The notes under the pieces were generated by a model. It was not told the origin of the DNA and made no database searches. It worked only from the letters and a program-made list of their open reading frames with translations. From Trichinella spiralis (Eukaryota), in NCBI RefSeq assembly GCF_000181795.1, contig NW_003526945.1, positions 2,191,848 to 2,255,847 of the forward strand: DNA of 64,000 bases, in the 5' to 3' direction. Made by a program: the position numbers and the translations under genes. Positions within the stretch are counted from its first letter, which is position 1; each line of letters begins with the position of its first letter. Of this stretch, positions 26,701 through 40,643 are shown in pieces.

Positions 26701-29700
26701 TTTTGCCATAAAATTGATATAATTCGACAAGATACGCATCCAGAAAAGTTGTACTTGTATTCTAAACAGACCGTATATTTGATTTTAAAATTTCGAAATG
26801 ATGCGTAAAAATAAGAATGGCCTGCAAAGCAGTCCTATATTTTGTCATTATGACGACGCACTCCTTGAACTCTTGCACCTAATAATATTTTACCATTTCC
26901 TAAAATATTTTCAAAATGGGTCATCAGTAAAGAAATCAAGCAGAGTTATGTCAGATTATGCTGCAAAAATCATTCACCATCCAACGCGTCAATAACAACA
27001 ACGCTGAAACATTTTCCACAAAATGAGCAAATTGCACTTTGTGCAACCAAAAATATGAATAAACGCCAATCAATCAAACTTGGCTGAATGAACTCTGACA
27101 ACTCGAATAATATTTTTAAAACAATGCTTCAATTTTATTGCATGCACCGCGTAGCATCATTTCTGCAAACATTTCTAAAGTAAAATGTGGAATAAATAAG
27201 TAGAAGAAAAAACAGATAATTTTTCAAAAAAAATGTCTTACATGTGTACAATGTTATGGTATATGCAACATTACATGTAACGCAAAAATTTATTAATCAA
27301 CTTTTCCAAAGTGATTGTTGGATTATTGTTATCAACGATCAAATGCACTGCCTTTTGTTGAAATGCTCTTCTGCATGCAAATGCAGTTGTAAAACTTGCA
27401 TTAATAATCATTGTGATTGTTATGCAAAAGCAGGAATTTTGCATTTATTAAAATTTATTAAAAAGAACCTGAAAAGATACTTTGGAAAGAACTAAGCTGA
27501 GCTGAACTAAACTGATCTTGATCTGCTGACTTTGATTCAGCAGAAAATGTTCCATTTAGATGTAAAAATTTGCATAGCTATCTGTTGGTGTAGCTAAATA
27601 AACTGACCAACAATAAGAAATTATCATGAAAATGTGGTCAAATTAATTTTTCGAATGCAAGCAACATCAGCAATATTGAACATTTGAAGCATATTGTTTG
27701 CATTTGTTCTATACTGCAAATTTTGATTATTTTTGACAATTGTTCTAAATGAAAAGTATAATGACAAAAAGATGTTGCAATTTTCAGAAACTGAATAAAA
27801 AAAAGAAATAAAAAATTCAAAAAGAAAACCTTGCAATTCGTTTAATAAATAATATATAGCATTAATTGGAAATTTTCCCTTATTTTAACATCACTCTACA
27901 ACATATGAATAAACAAATATGAATGTGTTTAAAGCATGCTGTGTGTTGAATAGTAATTTTTGTTATTGTTGCTTGGAGCAAAAGTTCTACTATAAAAAAT
28001 ATATATTTCAGTGACCTTCTGAAGAATCAACTGCTGAAAACCTGAACGCCTTTTTATTGGTACCAAATTATTAAAATCTGCAGAGTTGATCAAAAATTGA
28101 TAACTGATCAAAGGTAGTAGTTGAAATTAAAATTTTGACATTAAAATACAATTCCATTTTATGAAGACATCTACGAAACAAGTATTTGAAACAATGACAA
28201 TAATGGCAGTTGCGTAAGAAAAATTTATGACATTTTGTGACTGCAAGCATTTACGTCATTCTTTCATAATTGCAAAAGTTGAAGGTGAAAATTTTACGTC
28301 TTATAACAAAAATAGTACATACAGACAAACGTATACAAAGATTTTATCAATTTTTATAATTCAAATATAATGACGTAAACACTAATCAAGGTTAAAAACT
28401 GTTCACAAACAGTAAAACATTCTGGTCAAATGTTCAACAATAAATAAATAAATAAATAAATAAATAAGTAATACTGGCAGTGTTGCAAATGCAGCATTTT
28501 GGACAATATTACCAATGTCAGTTGCATACTTTAAAGCAATACAATTTTGCAAGTGCAAGATGCGATCGACTAGTTCGCTTGGAACAAGAACTGTTGAAGG
28601 GAAAAAAGATAGAAATGAAAGTAAAGAAAAGAAACAAATTTTAAAAATATCCTGAATTTCAGGTTGTAAATTCGCATAATCTTTTCCATTTCACGAGCTA
28701 TTAATTCAACAATAATGATTTCGTCACAATTGCATGAATCATTACGGTGAAAAGTGAAAAACTTGAGCATTATGAAAATATTTTCAAAAAAAAATAATTG
28801 AAGAAAAATTGCACAGATTGCCATTGAATAAATTGCACAATTCACTTGGAAAACTTTCAAACAAAATTGAAATCATTTGTCTTCTGTTTTTTTTACTCCA
28901 AATTACTTTTCTGTTTTATTCAAATATGCAACAACTGCTCCAACCCAATTGAAAACTGGTATTCTGTAAGCATGAAAAATAGAATCCCACTTTTTTTCAA
29001 AAAAAACACCCACAACTCTCCTTGAATACCTTTTCTCTTGTCATTATGTAGTACTCTCTCTCTCTCTCTCTCTTTCTTATTTTGCGGTTCAGATACAATG
29101 AAATGTGCTTCCATTGCTCACCATCCAACCGTCACTACAACTAGTGCAGAATTGTAAGAAAACAAACAACAACAACCGACTAACATCCCAACTTGAAGAC
29201 TATTAAAATAATGCAAAACTTCCAATATAAATTTCACCATTTAAAAAGTAAATGCAACTATTAAAAATAAACTCAGTTATTAAACTTTAAAATAAATACT
29301 GTGCAAAAGGTATTGCATGAAATTTCTTATCCATTTATCAAACTACATCTTACAAATGAAGAAAACAATTGCCTCACATTGGAAAGAAACTTTATGCCAG
29401 ATATACCAAGTAATTTAAAGTTCAAGTCAAATATACTCATAAAAATCTAGTTCATGAATATCCATTGTTAAATATAAAAATTTGTAAAAACTCAACCAAA
29501 AATACTTTTTTGCGCTTTCAATTGTTAATCCTCTGCTATGGTTCCAAGTTCAAAATTGCAAAACATAAACTTATGAAAGAAAAAAATTTTTTCACCAACT
29601 CAAATTCCAAATTATCAAATTTCAAACTTACCGGATTCAGTTACCGGTGCTGCAGTTGTACTGTTGACAATTGTATTGGTATCATCGCATTTTCTGCATG

Positions 29701-29970
29701 AAATTTGGCAATTTCGAGTCATCCAATTTTTATTTGTCTCGCATTCTCCAATGCCAGCCCAAAATCCACACCACTCGTGTTGATCGCAACAATTTGTTGA
29801 GATGCATCGAAAATTTTTCGTTATCGGATCTGCTGCATGACTTAATAAACCTGTAAATTTGAAAAATTAATATCACCCAATAAATTATCAGTTATGTTTT
29901 CATCACCAATAAATGAACCCAGTAGGCAAAATGTGATTGCTTGGATTTGAAAATTGTGCATCTTTGACAT
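23769..29970 (-). CDS. Secreted animal haem peroxidase with N-terminal ShKT domain (SKPO/MLT-7-like), tandem copy A
   Basis: Signal peptide [27 protein letters not shown] and Sh[37 protein letters not shown]. Peroxidase motifs: [10 protein letters not shown], distal [29 protein letters not shown], proximal [20 protein letters not shown]. Reading frame intact across GT-AG introns. Intron 2 is 3370 nt (26262-29631). Confidence 0.93.
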
Positions 29971-32900
29971 GCCAATATCTGAAAGAATACAGATTAAACA
30001 ATAATGTATTGTATAATAAAGAATGGGTGGAGCTGTGATATAATTTTAAGTGAAAATTGAAAGATCCAATATGATGATCATGGTACTATTGGAAGAGACA
30101 TATCATGGAAGCATCGCTGATGAAGATCAATGACGCAAAGTGAACGTGCCACAAGGTTAGTGGAAAATTTAAAATTTTATACATGACTGTGTTAGTAGGT
30201 TAGTAGTTTTACTTCGAAGGATCTCAACTGAAAACGTCAGACTGGTTGCAGCAGCAGCAGCAGTTTTGTAACCAACGTAAATGTTCTAAATTTAAATTCA
30301 ATGCTTTCTAACAAAACTCTCTCTTTCTCCACTTTTGTCACTTTCTGTCATCATCATTAATTAATTATCATCAGCTTTCTACTTATCTCCCACACATCAC
30401 ACGCACGTACACACAAGAAATCACGGCTAAACAAGCTTCATTGCATATCAAGCATTACATGATCATTTAAATCTATTACAAAATTCAATATCATTAATAA
30501 CAAGCAGTTGTAATTTGCTGAACATCTTTCATGTTTCAAACCGTTGAAAATTTTACTTATTTTTTACATTTGCATCAGTTTCAATATCAGAGAAAAAATA
30601 ACAAAGAAATTATTAAAATGGTTATTAATCAAAGTTCTGCTTTTTGATCAATATTTGATAAGTGGCAATGCATTTTTTGCCTGAGGTGATTTGGCAGATA
30701 ACAATTTGTCAATGTATGATTCAGTTTCACACCATTAACTGAAAGCAACGATATCTTCTTGTAAAGCTCTGTTGAAAATAATTGCAAAAATATGAAATTA
30801 ATAATATATTCACACATTATTTTTTCATTTCACACAATTTTGCATCATTCCAAAAGTGAACAATGATTCATTACTCATACGGTTAATTATTCGGTCCACT
30901 GACGTTGGCATATATAGAACAGAACTGAAAGTTTCCGTTTTGAGGAAAACAGAATTTTTTACTAAATTTTTTTCGTTACGGAATTTCACTGTTCTCCAAC
31001 AACTAATTCATTTTGTCATAGTGTGAAAATAAAGTAGACTATGATGCAACAAACTTATTAACTATTTTTCACAAAAATGTAATGAATAATTGAAAACTCT
31101 TACGACTGATTACTATTTTTAACAACAATTTTAATCTGGTTAATATCGGAATATTTGGAAATATTAAAATTTGCGCTTCAGCCTAAATCAAGGTGGAAAT
31201 TTCTTTCAATATAGCCTCTGCAACAATGGTACACAGCACGTAAGTTTTTCAAGACAAATTTCATACTATTGTAATCGATCGTGAACTGTGGAAATTTTCT
31301 AACAGTTTTCTATAATATATTCATTACACAATTTTACTAGGAACAAATTTCACATGATCTAAAAAGAAATGCGTTTTCTTTTGGAAGAAAATAAAATGCT
31401 TGTTTGAATTCTTTTATTTGTTTTTTTTCTTTTGAAAATACCGACAATGCTCAAAAAAGATGGCATGATATAATTAAGAGGCATTAAAGGTTAATTTTTT
31501 CAAAAAGAACACATAAGTTTGAAGTTGAGATGTATTATGAGAACGTCGTTCAGTTCAAATACCGCCTATTATAAAAGTACTATAAATGAATCTCTCTTTT
31601 CATATTTTTAATGAATAACTTTCTCATAAATTCATTGCAACGAAAACAACACAATCCCACATATAATCAACCTTCTTTTTTGGTACAGTACTAACATAAA
31701 TTAATAGAATAAACTGATTTTGTAGAATTCATTTGCCCTTGATGACGCACAGCTAGCAGCTGTAAGCAGAGGCGTATTGGGTTTTCTTGAATAGTAAAAA
31801 GTTTTCAGAGCATAACGTTGTAATTTGAATTTCATGCTTTACAATCTATTCGGCTATTTCTAGAAATCTCTGTGGGGTATAGCAGGGAAGCAACCAAATA
31901 AATGAATATTTTGTTTCCAGTTTTCTCAACTGATCCTCTAGAACAGCAAAAATGATATGCATGTTCTTCGTATGTGTAGAGGCAAATTGCTTATTGACCA
32001 TAACTAATTTAAATAGTTCTACTTGGCAATATTTATTGTTAAATTTGAAAACAATATTCATTGTTCAGATGATAAACGATAATTTCAATCATGTGGATAT
32101 TCGAGATCTGATTTGGATCATTGAGTTGTAAAATTTTCAATAAACCCTTTGGCATTATTATTATTCTTCTTGCGACCCAAGCGTACTAAGAATAATGTTA
32201 AAGCTCTCAGTCGAATCACTGTTCCACTAAGCTCAACCCAACCAAATGTCCTACTTTTACCAATTTTATCAATGCAGATATTCATCGAAGATGAAAATGC
32301 CAAGAAAAATATTGCCTGCTGAATTGTGATTGGTTCGTTCTGATTGTACGATGAAATGGTTGTAAAAATAAATAAATAAACATAGACGCTCAAATTTCAG
32401 TGTAAAATTAAAATAAAATTTTTATCGACAATAATACAACATTTGTGTACACGTTCACCAAGAGAATGGAAAAAATAATTGCAAGACAAAATTGATTACA
32501 AGTTTCTTTGAATGGAATGGAAACAAAGGTTGAAAAATATTACACAAAGTCCACTTACCATATTTTATTTTGCCCTGACAGCAGGTGCGACGAATTTTCG
32601 CTACATAAATGGCAACGTTGGAATATTCTTTCCAAATAAAAACAACCACAAGTTTACCAATCAAAACAGGTTTGAAGACATATTATGCAAATATTCGCAA
32701 ATGAAGTAGGTTGTTGGAATTTTTATACGAAACTTTAAATTCGTTGAACTTTTTCTGAAAAAATGAAAAAATAAAGTTAAAATTATTCAAAAAATAACAT
32801 TTCAATAAATTTATAAACACATTCCATTATAAATAACACTATTTACTTGTACTGTTCGAGCATTTTGAAATTGCAATACTTTTTCACCATTTGAATGGGT

Positions 32901-34189
32901 TTGAACAAATTGATTCCAGCGAAACGTGTGGATGAATGGAATGATGGTGAAAAATTTGCCTAAACAAACAAATGACTTACAATATTCCATCTTCATCGAT
33001 CAAGTAGAAATTTCAGTAATGTAATTTAAAAATTGTCTTATTTATTTATTTATTTATTTTTATAAATATCTAAATTTGAAACAGAATACATATAGGGGAA
33101 ATGAAATTTAAATTTCAAAACTCTCAATAAATTTTTTTAAAATTCAACAGATTTGAATAAGATTATAAAATTTCATATTCAAACATTTCGTTTGTCCGTG
33201 CAATTTGAAAATTCGACGTCAACGTCACAGTAATCAAGGCGTGAAGTGCGATTTGAAAATTTGGCACAGAAAAAAACCGTTAGAAAAAAAGTAGCAAAAT
33301 CCTTGACTCACAGGCAAGCGTTTCTCAATTCGTCCGCTTTGGCCGACTTTACTTACCCGGTCATTTAGCGGTATGCCACACAATGTCGTCACTTTAAATT
33401 CACCGTTGCGTCGTACAAGCTGACCACGATCCTCTACATCTACATCTATATCTGCATATAGACCACGATGTCTTTTGGCCGCCAGATCAGACCAGAATCA
33501 AAATTTGCATAAAAATTATCATAATTCCAAGCATGGATGTCAGCGACCGTCTTTGGAGATGATGTCGATCCAATTTCAAATTTCATCCCAACCGCCATTT
33601 TCAAATTTCACTACTTTGATCTGTCTCTCTCTTGTTGAATGTGAGAGTGAAAGAAAAAATTTTTTCTTCTCTCAATTTTTCAGAAAATCAGCGAAAAATT
33701 TTTTCGAACAAAAGGAGAAAAGAACTCAGACAAAATTCACATTTCCAGACATAATATCAACAATGATAGTTTTGACTGGAATTTTCCGAATGTCAATTTT
33801 AAAACCGGTTCGGCAGAGTAATTTCGCTTCCTCAGCGGCCGTTTTTCTCCGTTTCAAATCGGATCAGAGCAATTTGATTAATTTGCATATTTCAATGTCG
33901 CTAGATGGTTGTAGATTGTTGGTTATTGAAGAATATATTTTTTTTGTAATTTAATTTTTGCTCTCCAAGGCGAAACTGAATTCTTCTTGCATCACATCAA
34001 ATCATTCTCTTTTTTATCTGTTTCTTTCTTTTAATATTAATAATCTGAATTCGCCAAAATGACGAAACTCAAACTACACAACGTTACAGTATGGTGCATA
34101 TGTAAAAGGTACATTTCAACATAATCAATTCGAAGGTTACAGTATACAATGTAAATGTAAAATTTACACAATTCATTATTACAGTTATA

Positions 34190-34192
<3 letters not shown>

Positions 34193-34224
<32 letters not shown>
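34193..34224. repeat. (TA)16 microsatellite just 3' of peroxidase copy B
   Basis: Perfect TA run. Confidence 0.9.
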
Positions 34225-34226
<2 letters not shown>

Positions 34227-34304
34227 AGTCTGACATCTGATGACTTGGAGACAATATTCAGATCATTACTTTTCAAATAAAGCTCATATTAATAACAAGA
34301 TCCA

Positions 34305-37300
34305 TCAAGCGGATGACCATTTGGAAAGATCAACCGAAGGCAGAGATGAGCAAGCAACCGCTTCTGCATCTTTCATTACTGCAAATCCATCTTTTGGTGC
34401 TTTGCTGAAGCCTTTCAAATTTTCACAAAGCAATTTCGACATGGACACTTTTTCAATTTCAGCCAACTGATCCGGTTTAAAAATTTCTGGATTCTGGTAG
34501 AAGAATCTAAAAAGCAAACAAATCTTTTTAAACTATATTGTTTTTTATAATCCAATAATACAGTAATGATAATAACAAACCTATCACCGTCACGTAAACG
34601 ACGGAACTGCTCAGCAATGAGACAAGCAAAAGTTGGACCGACCAAGCCATCAACTACAGGCTCTTCGATTAAGCCACCAACGTAGAGATCAATGTGATCT
34701 GGATAGAAATTTTCAAACGTCAATAAAAAAAAATCAAAATCACTGAAATGCAAATTCACCCGTATGCTTGTAACTCTGCTGCAGATTGTTTCTCAAGTTT
34801 GGATCGAGAATTTCACTGCTCAGCTCATCAAACGTTAGGGCTTTTTTCAATCCACAAAATTCCCTGTAATCGTTGTAAGAACCAAGACCATGGTCACGAC
34901 CACGTTGTACATTTGTCGACGCCAAATCCGTACTGCCGAACATATTTTCCGTCACCGAACTGGTCACTCGTTGGGGCTTTTTCACTTCCATCATTAGAAG
35001 TCCACGAATCACTGGCTCGATGCCACCCTCGAAAAGCAGTTTTGCTGGCTTCAACACGCCCTGATCGAATCTGAAATTAAAAAACAATATTATGCAGTAT
35101 AATTTGAAAAACAAAAAATTTCACTTATTCTAATTATCATTTCTGTGAACTTATCCAATTGCTAATATTACCTCAGTTTAGCATGCGGTATCGATTTCCC
35201 GTGCTCATCAACTCGTTCATAAAACTCTGTTATCATACCGTGGCCAAATCGCATTGCGGCAGTTGTAAATTCATTTATAATCGACGGATTGACGTTCGGA
35301 TTATATCCAGTGTAATTGCCCATCAAAGAATTATACCTTATACCAAGAATTTTTGGCAACCATTCCCTGTAAGTGATTGCCTGAATCATGGCACCTATAA
35401 TTTTCCTCGTCTCTTGAAAAACGCGTTCCACACTCCAAGTGGGATTCATCGCAAGAAATTGTTCAGCAATTCGGTTGTGCTCACGCAAAAATACCGTATG
35501 GACACCCACAAGAGCAATGAAAATCGACGCACGATTGTCTCCAATGTCGAAATTAGCATTGCAGTTGTTTGGCCCGAAGCATGTATGCGGATCGAACGGC
35601 GGCATGACGTGGTTGTTGAAGAAAGTGATACGCATCATACCCGTTTTGGAATCTTTGAGACGCAATGAATCTGGCAAACTGCTCGAATAAATAGCTGAGC
35701 CATCCAAAAATGCTGTATTTTCATTGACCTGCTCCCTTTTGGATTGTGCACCTAAACTACGCTAAAAAGATCCTTCACAAATTATGCAAATGAAATAATA
35801 CAATTACCAGTTCCACACAGGGGACTTGATCTGGTGAAAAACAGACAACACGGTGGTCGAACACATCCAAATCTTGGGTCGATTGTTTCAACTTTTATTG
35901 GGAAACATCTGCCTGGTATATCTGTGCAAGAGCCACACCGATCCGATGGAAGTAGAGATGTTTTGCTGATGTCGTGAACAATAAACTGGCCAAATTGCAT
36001 CAAAAGCATATTCCACTTTCCACTCGTAACAAGTTGAGGAGAACTCAACAGAAAACGTGTAGCTTCTCTAGCACTCGGGCGACTACCAGGTCGATTGGCT
36101 AAAAAAAATTAAATATAACTTCAAAATTCACATTATTCCCCACAATTTGTAATGTTCAGCTTAAATGAATACTTTTATTCATTATATTTGCATATTATCA
36201 TCGAAACTTCTATTTTGCTCCTTCTAACAAAAAATAATGCATAATAAAATATGAAAAATATCTTGTTGATTCAAACGGCATACTGTAATGCAAAACTGCC
36301 TTAACATTAACACATTAATATAAATGAAGTGCTTACTTTTTAATTTTTCAACAAAGTGACCTGTTTAGCAGGTTAAAATTTTTAATAATCACAACATAGT
36401 AACTGTATAAAAATCAAATCGATCCCAAGACGAAAAATTGCATCACGGATTATCAAAATGCAATGAAGACAGCAAATAATAAAGTAAGATTAAGTGAAAA
36501 TGAAAGTTTCATAGACATGCTGTTATTACTTATTTAAATAACGTAAAAATCAAAATAGTTCATATAAAGTTCAAAAGAAGTACTGTACTTACAGATTGGT
36601 GTCCCAAGTCCATCCTCATATACAGCTGGCAAAATACGATTGAAAGCCGTTCCTGCAGCTCCCACTAACGGGCTTCTCAAGTTGTTGCAGGTTCCATCCA
36701 ATGTTCGATACATTGCATGGAAGCACAAGTTGCGACTGCAATCGCCACTCTCTTGCTCCCGGAAACATCCCATCATTTGATTGTTCGTCATCATATCTCT
36801 CGCAGACATAAGACGACGATTTATTGCATCGAAAAATTAAATCCAATCATTATGACAAAAGCAGTTATTTTTTAAAAAAAATTATTTAAACAAACCTTCA
36901 AATACGACAATAGCTTCATTGCGTACCATTTCCTGAAATCGTTCAGATCCATTCAAGCGTAACATGTCAGCGCAAAACAGAGGGTCATTTCCTCGACGAA
37001 GCTTCAGCCTTGGTAAAGTTGAATTTCCCTTGTCGGATGTCGGAACATCAACTGCTTGCTGTGTTGTAAGGTGCAATGAAGCTGGATTTTGCTTCGTTGT
37101 AAACACTTGGAACAGAAATAGTTTCCATTAATAGAAACTTATTAAAAAACTATTTGAACTGTTTCTAAAATGTACCATTTCATATTAGACAATAATTCGA
37201 TTAAATTCAACACGAACACATTAAAACTCACGCTTGAATTACAGTATACATTGCAATTAATATATAAAATAACCTTTTATGATAAAATAGCACATCTCAT

Positions 37301-37895
37301 TATTAGTATGTTGGAATTATTCAATGTCATTGAAAATAATTTCACGAACAACCGTGATTATTATTATTGGAATTCAGTGTAATTTAAGGAAAAGCCATTT
37401 CTCAACGCACAACTAAGCGAGCAAAAGCAAATGACTTGTCCTGTCATTTATCTACTCAGTCAGTTTGGATTTTGCAAGAAAGGACATTCCTTTCTCTAAA
37501 TTCTGCTGTATTCCAACAAGATAAAAATCTTGACAGGTGACATTTGTTATGAAGCGTAAAAATCTCACCGGATTCAGTCACCGGTGCTGCAGTTGTACTG
37601 TTAACATCATCGCATTTTTTGCATGAAATTTGGCAATTTCCAGTCATCCATTTTTCATTTGTCTCGCATTCTCCAATGCCAGCCCAAAATCCACACCACT
37701 CGTGTTGATCGCAACAATTTGTTGAGATGCATCGAAAATTTTTCGTTATCGGATCTGCTGCATGACTTAATAAACCTGTAAATTTGAGAAATTAATATCA
37801 GCCAATAAATTATCAATTATGTTTTCATCACCAATAAATGAACCCAGTAGGCAAAATGTGATTGCTTGGATTTGAAAATTGTGCATCTTTGACAT
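34305..37895 (-). CDS. Secreted animal haem peroxidase with N-terminal ShKT domain (SKPO/MLT-7-like), tandem copy B
   Basis: Same exon layout and motifs as copy A ([32 protein letters not shown]). ATG at 37895, stop after ...DLSKWSSA. Intron 2 is 463 nt (37106-37568). Confidence 0.94.
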
Positions 37896-39097
37896 GCCAA
37901 TATCTGAAAGAATACAGATTAAACAATAATGTATTGTATAATAAAGAATGGGTGGAGCTGTGATATAATTTTAAGTGAAAATTGAAAGATCCAATATGAT
38001 GATCATGGTACTATTGGAAGAGACATATCATGGAAGCATCGCTGATGAAGATCAATGACGCAAAGTGAACGTGCCACAAGGTTAGTGGAAAATTTAAAAT
38101 TTTATACATGACTGTGTTAGTAGGTTAGTAGTTTTACTTCGAAGGATCTCAACTGAAAACGTCAGACTGGTTGCTGCAGCAGCAGCAGTTTTGTAACCAA
38201 CGTAAATGTTCTAAATTTAAATTCAATGGTTGCTAACAAAACTCTCTTTCTCCACTTTTATCACTTTCTGTCATCATCATTAATTAGAAGCTTTCCACTT
38301 ATCTTCCACACATCACATACGCACACACATAAATCACGGCTAAACAAGCTTCATTGCACATCAAGCATTACGCATCCAGCACAATAGAAAAATGCCCATT
38401 TAAATCTATTACACGTCTAATATCATTTGTAACAAGCGATTGCTTATTGTATGCTACAGTAATTTCTTAGTCAAATTGTATTCCAACAAATCTTTTGACA
38501 TATGGAGAACAATGTAACGTGAGCATAATTTTCAGATCTGTGTCAGTAGTGCTTAAGCAATTAACGCATTATTATGTAATTCTTTCATTTTTGCTTTTAT
38601 TATTAATCGTAGGAAATTTCAAAAACATTTTCTCTTTGATGATACGATTTGCTAAAGTGGAAAACAAATTTTTATTGACACTAATGTGTTTTCAATGACA
38701 TGTCAGTGAAAGTGAACACTACTTTTAATTGATTGTTTAGATTTATCAACAATTACAGTGACACTGCCTTTATTTGACGAAATTATGTGTTGGAGCAAAA
38801 AATGAAAGAAAAATTGATCTTCTGAATAATTTATTTGTGCTTTAAAAATAAAATGTATATCTTTTGTAATTTATGAAAAATTCTGAGGCTTTAATAAATA
38901 CTTGTACTTACACTTGGTGATGCAATAAAATTACATAAAGTATACAGTAGAGGAGGATGGAGAACTTTTAATAGTAAAAATCTGATAATACAATATATAT
39001 TCCGTTGCTACCTGATGGAAGATATGGCGCACGTAAAAACACTGGTTAAAGGCAATAACATGCAACAAAACAGGTTATACAGTTTGTAAATTCTCAT

Positions 39098-39194
39098 TTT
39101 AGTCAAAACATTTTTTAGTCAACTAGTCAAAACCATTTAGTTAAAATATCTTTTCCAGTCAAAACTATTTTTGTTGATATTTCGTCCAATTTTT
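39098..39194. repeat. Short dispersed repeat with internal AGTCAA(AA) iterations; second partial copy at 46772-46810
   Basis: 39156-39194 and 46772-46810 match at 36 of 39 nt. AGTCAA recurs four times between 39100 and 39165. Confidence 0.5.
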
Positions 39195-40643
39195 TTATTT
39201 ATCAGCTCCGAGTAATTTGAATTTTCTCAATATTTAAATTTTAAGTTTAATACCACTGCTATTTAAACAGAATATCATTTACCATGTTTAAATTATGCTT
39301 AATTTAATATTCGAATCTGTTTGCATTGATTTAATTATGTTACAGGAGGTAAATTTAACTATACAGTGTTTGTTTTCTGGTTTATTATTAGCTTTATGGA
39401 CGTGACCGTGCTTATTATAAATTGAAATATAAAACATATACATAAATAACGTAAATATAAATAATATGAATATAAATATAACTGAAATAAACAAGATTTA
39501 TAAAATATGAAGATACAACAGTAAGAATAAAATAGATGCGCAACAGAAATCAATTAAAAAATAATTTTACAAATCATAAAGTTTTAAATTATTCTGCTAT
39601 TAAAATTATAAATAAAAACTTTTTTAATTTATTGAATAAAAGACTAATTTGAAAATTTGCTGCAAATTAAAAAGGCTAGCAAATACGCATAGTAAAAATT
39701 AGAAAATACTTAATACTGATATTATTACGTATTCTAACAAAACAAATTTTGTTATATTAAGTTGTCAATTCAGTTTATGCTATCTGATCATTAATTCATT
39801 AAGTATTATATTAATTATATTGCTTTTTCTAACTCACAGTAAGAGTTTGTACTTGCCTGTTAATTGTTCTTACTGTATTGCGTTGTCATCCTCAAATTGG
39901 CTGTTTTTTACGAATTTTAACGTTCACTCTCGCAGTGGGCTGTGCCAGTTTTATTCTTACGCAATACAGTGAGGTTTGCGATGAGTTTACTTCATTGTAT
40001 ATAGGAAATGCATGATCTTTGAGCTAATATTACGTTGCGAATACTGTGTAATAAAAGAACGTAAACATAACTTTTCTTTGCAAATTCGTTATCAGCTTAC
40101 GAGTTGAGGTTTTAGGTAGAAGCGAATTTCTTTAACTTTGGGTTCCATGGTTTAGAATGAGTTTCAGTGATTTTAGTCATTCATTAATTATGTCTGAAAT
40201 TGAATCTTATGTTACTAATTGTTAAAATAGTGTGCATGCGGAAGTGATTGTTGTATACGTAAATTGGTAGCTGCACTTTTTCATCGTATGTGATTCCGTC
40301 ATGTTTGTATAAACTGAAGTATATGCTGTTGAAATTGTGTTAAAACATTTTTATTATTCGTTATGACTGCATATTAATCACATTTTTTTGATTTATCATT
40401 TATAAATAGATAATTTTCATTATAGAATTATTTACATTTATTTTAAGTTAATGGCTTTTTTATTTCGATGATTTTTTTCCATTAATTTTTGTTGGTCGTT
40501 AATAATGTTAATCCGGTTTAATGTAAGTTAATGTTGCTTTGGATAAAGTTTATTGCCGTGTTCAGGGTTGGTTGATATTGATTTATAAGACCATTTTACA
40601 GGTTTGTTTTCTGTGTTTATTATAGGGATAATAATAATTAGCA

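Noticed and set aside
28466..28531. Imperfect hairpin containing a miR-34-like start (TGGCAGTGT)
   Set aside because: Similarity stops after 9 nt, the putative mature sequence would run through the loop, and pairing depends on many G-U pairs and bulges.
29092..29153. Possible plus-strand exon (MKCASIAHHPTVTTTSAE) nested in the large peroxidase A intron
   Set aside because: A single short candidate exon with no partner exons or homology that I could identify.
33475..33954. 159-aa plus-strand ORF between the peroxidases
   Set aside because: Non-ATG start, low-complexity F/K/S runs and no recognisable domain.
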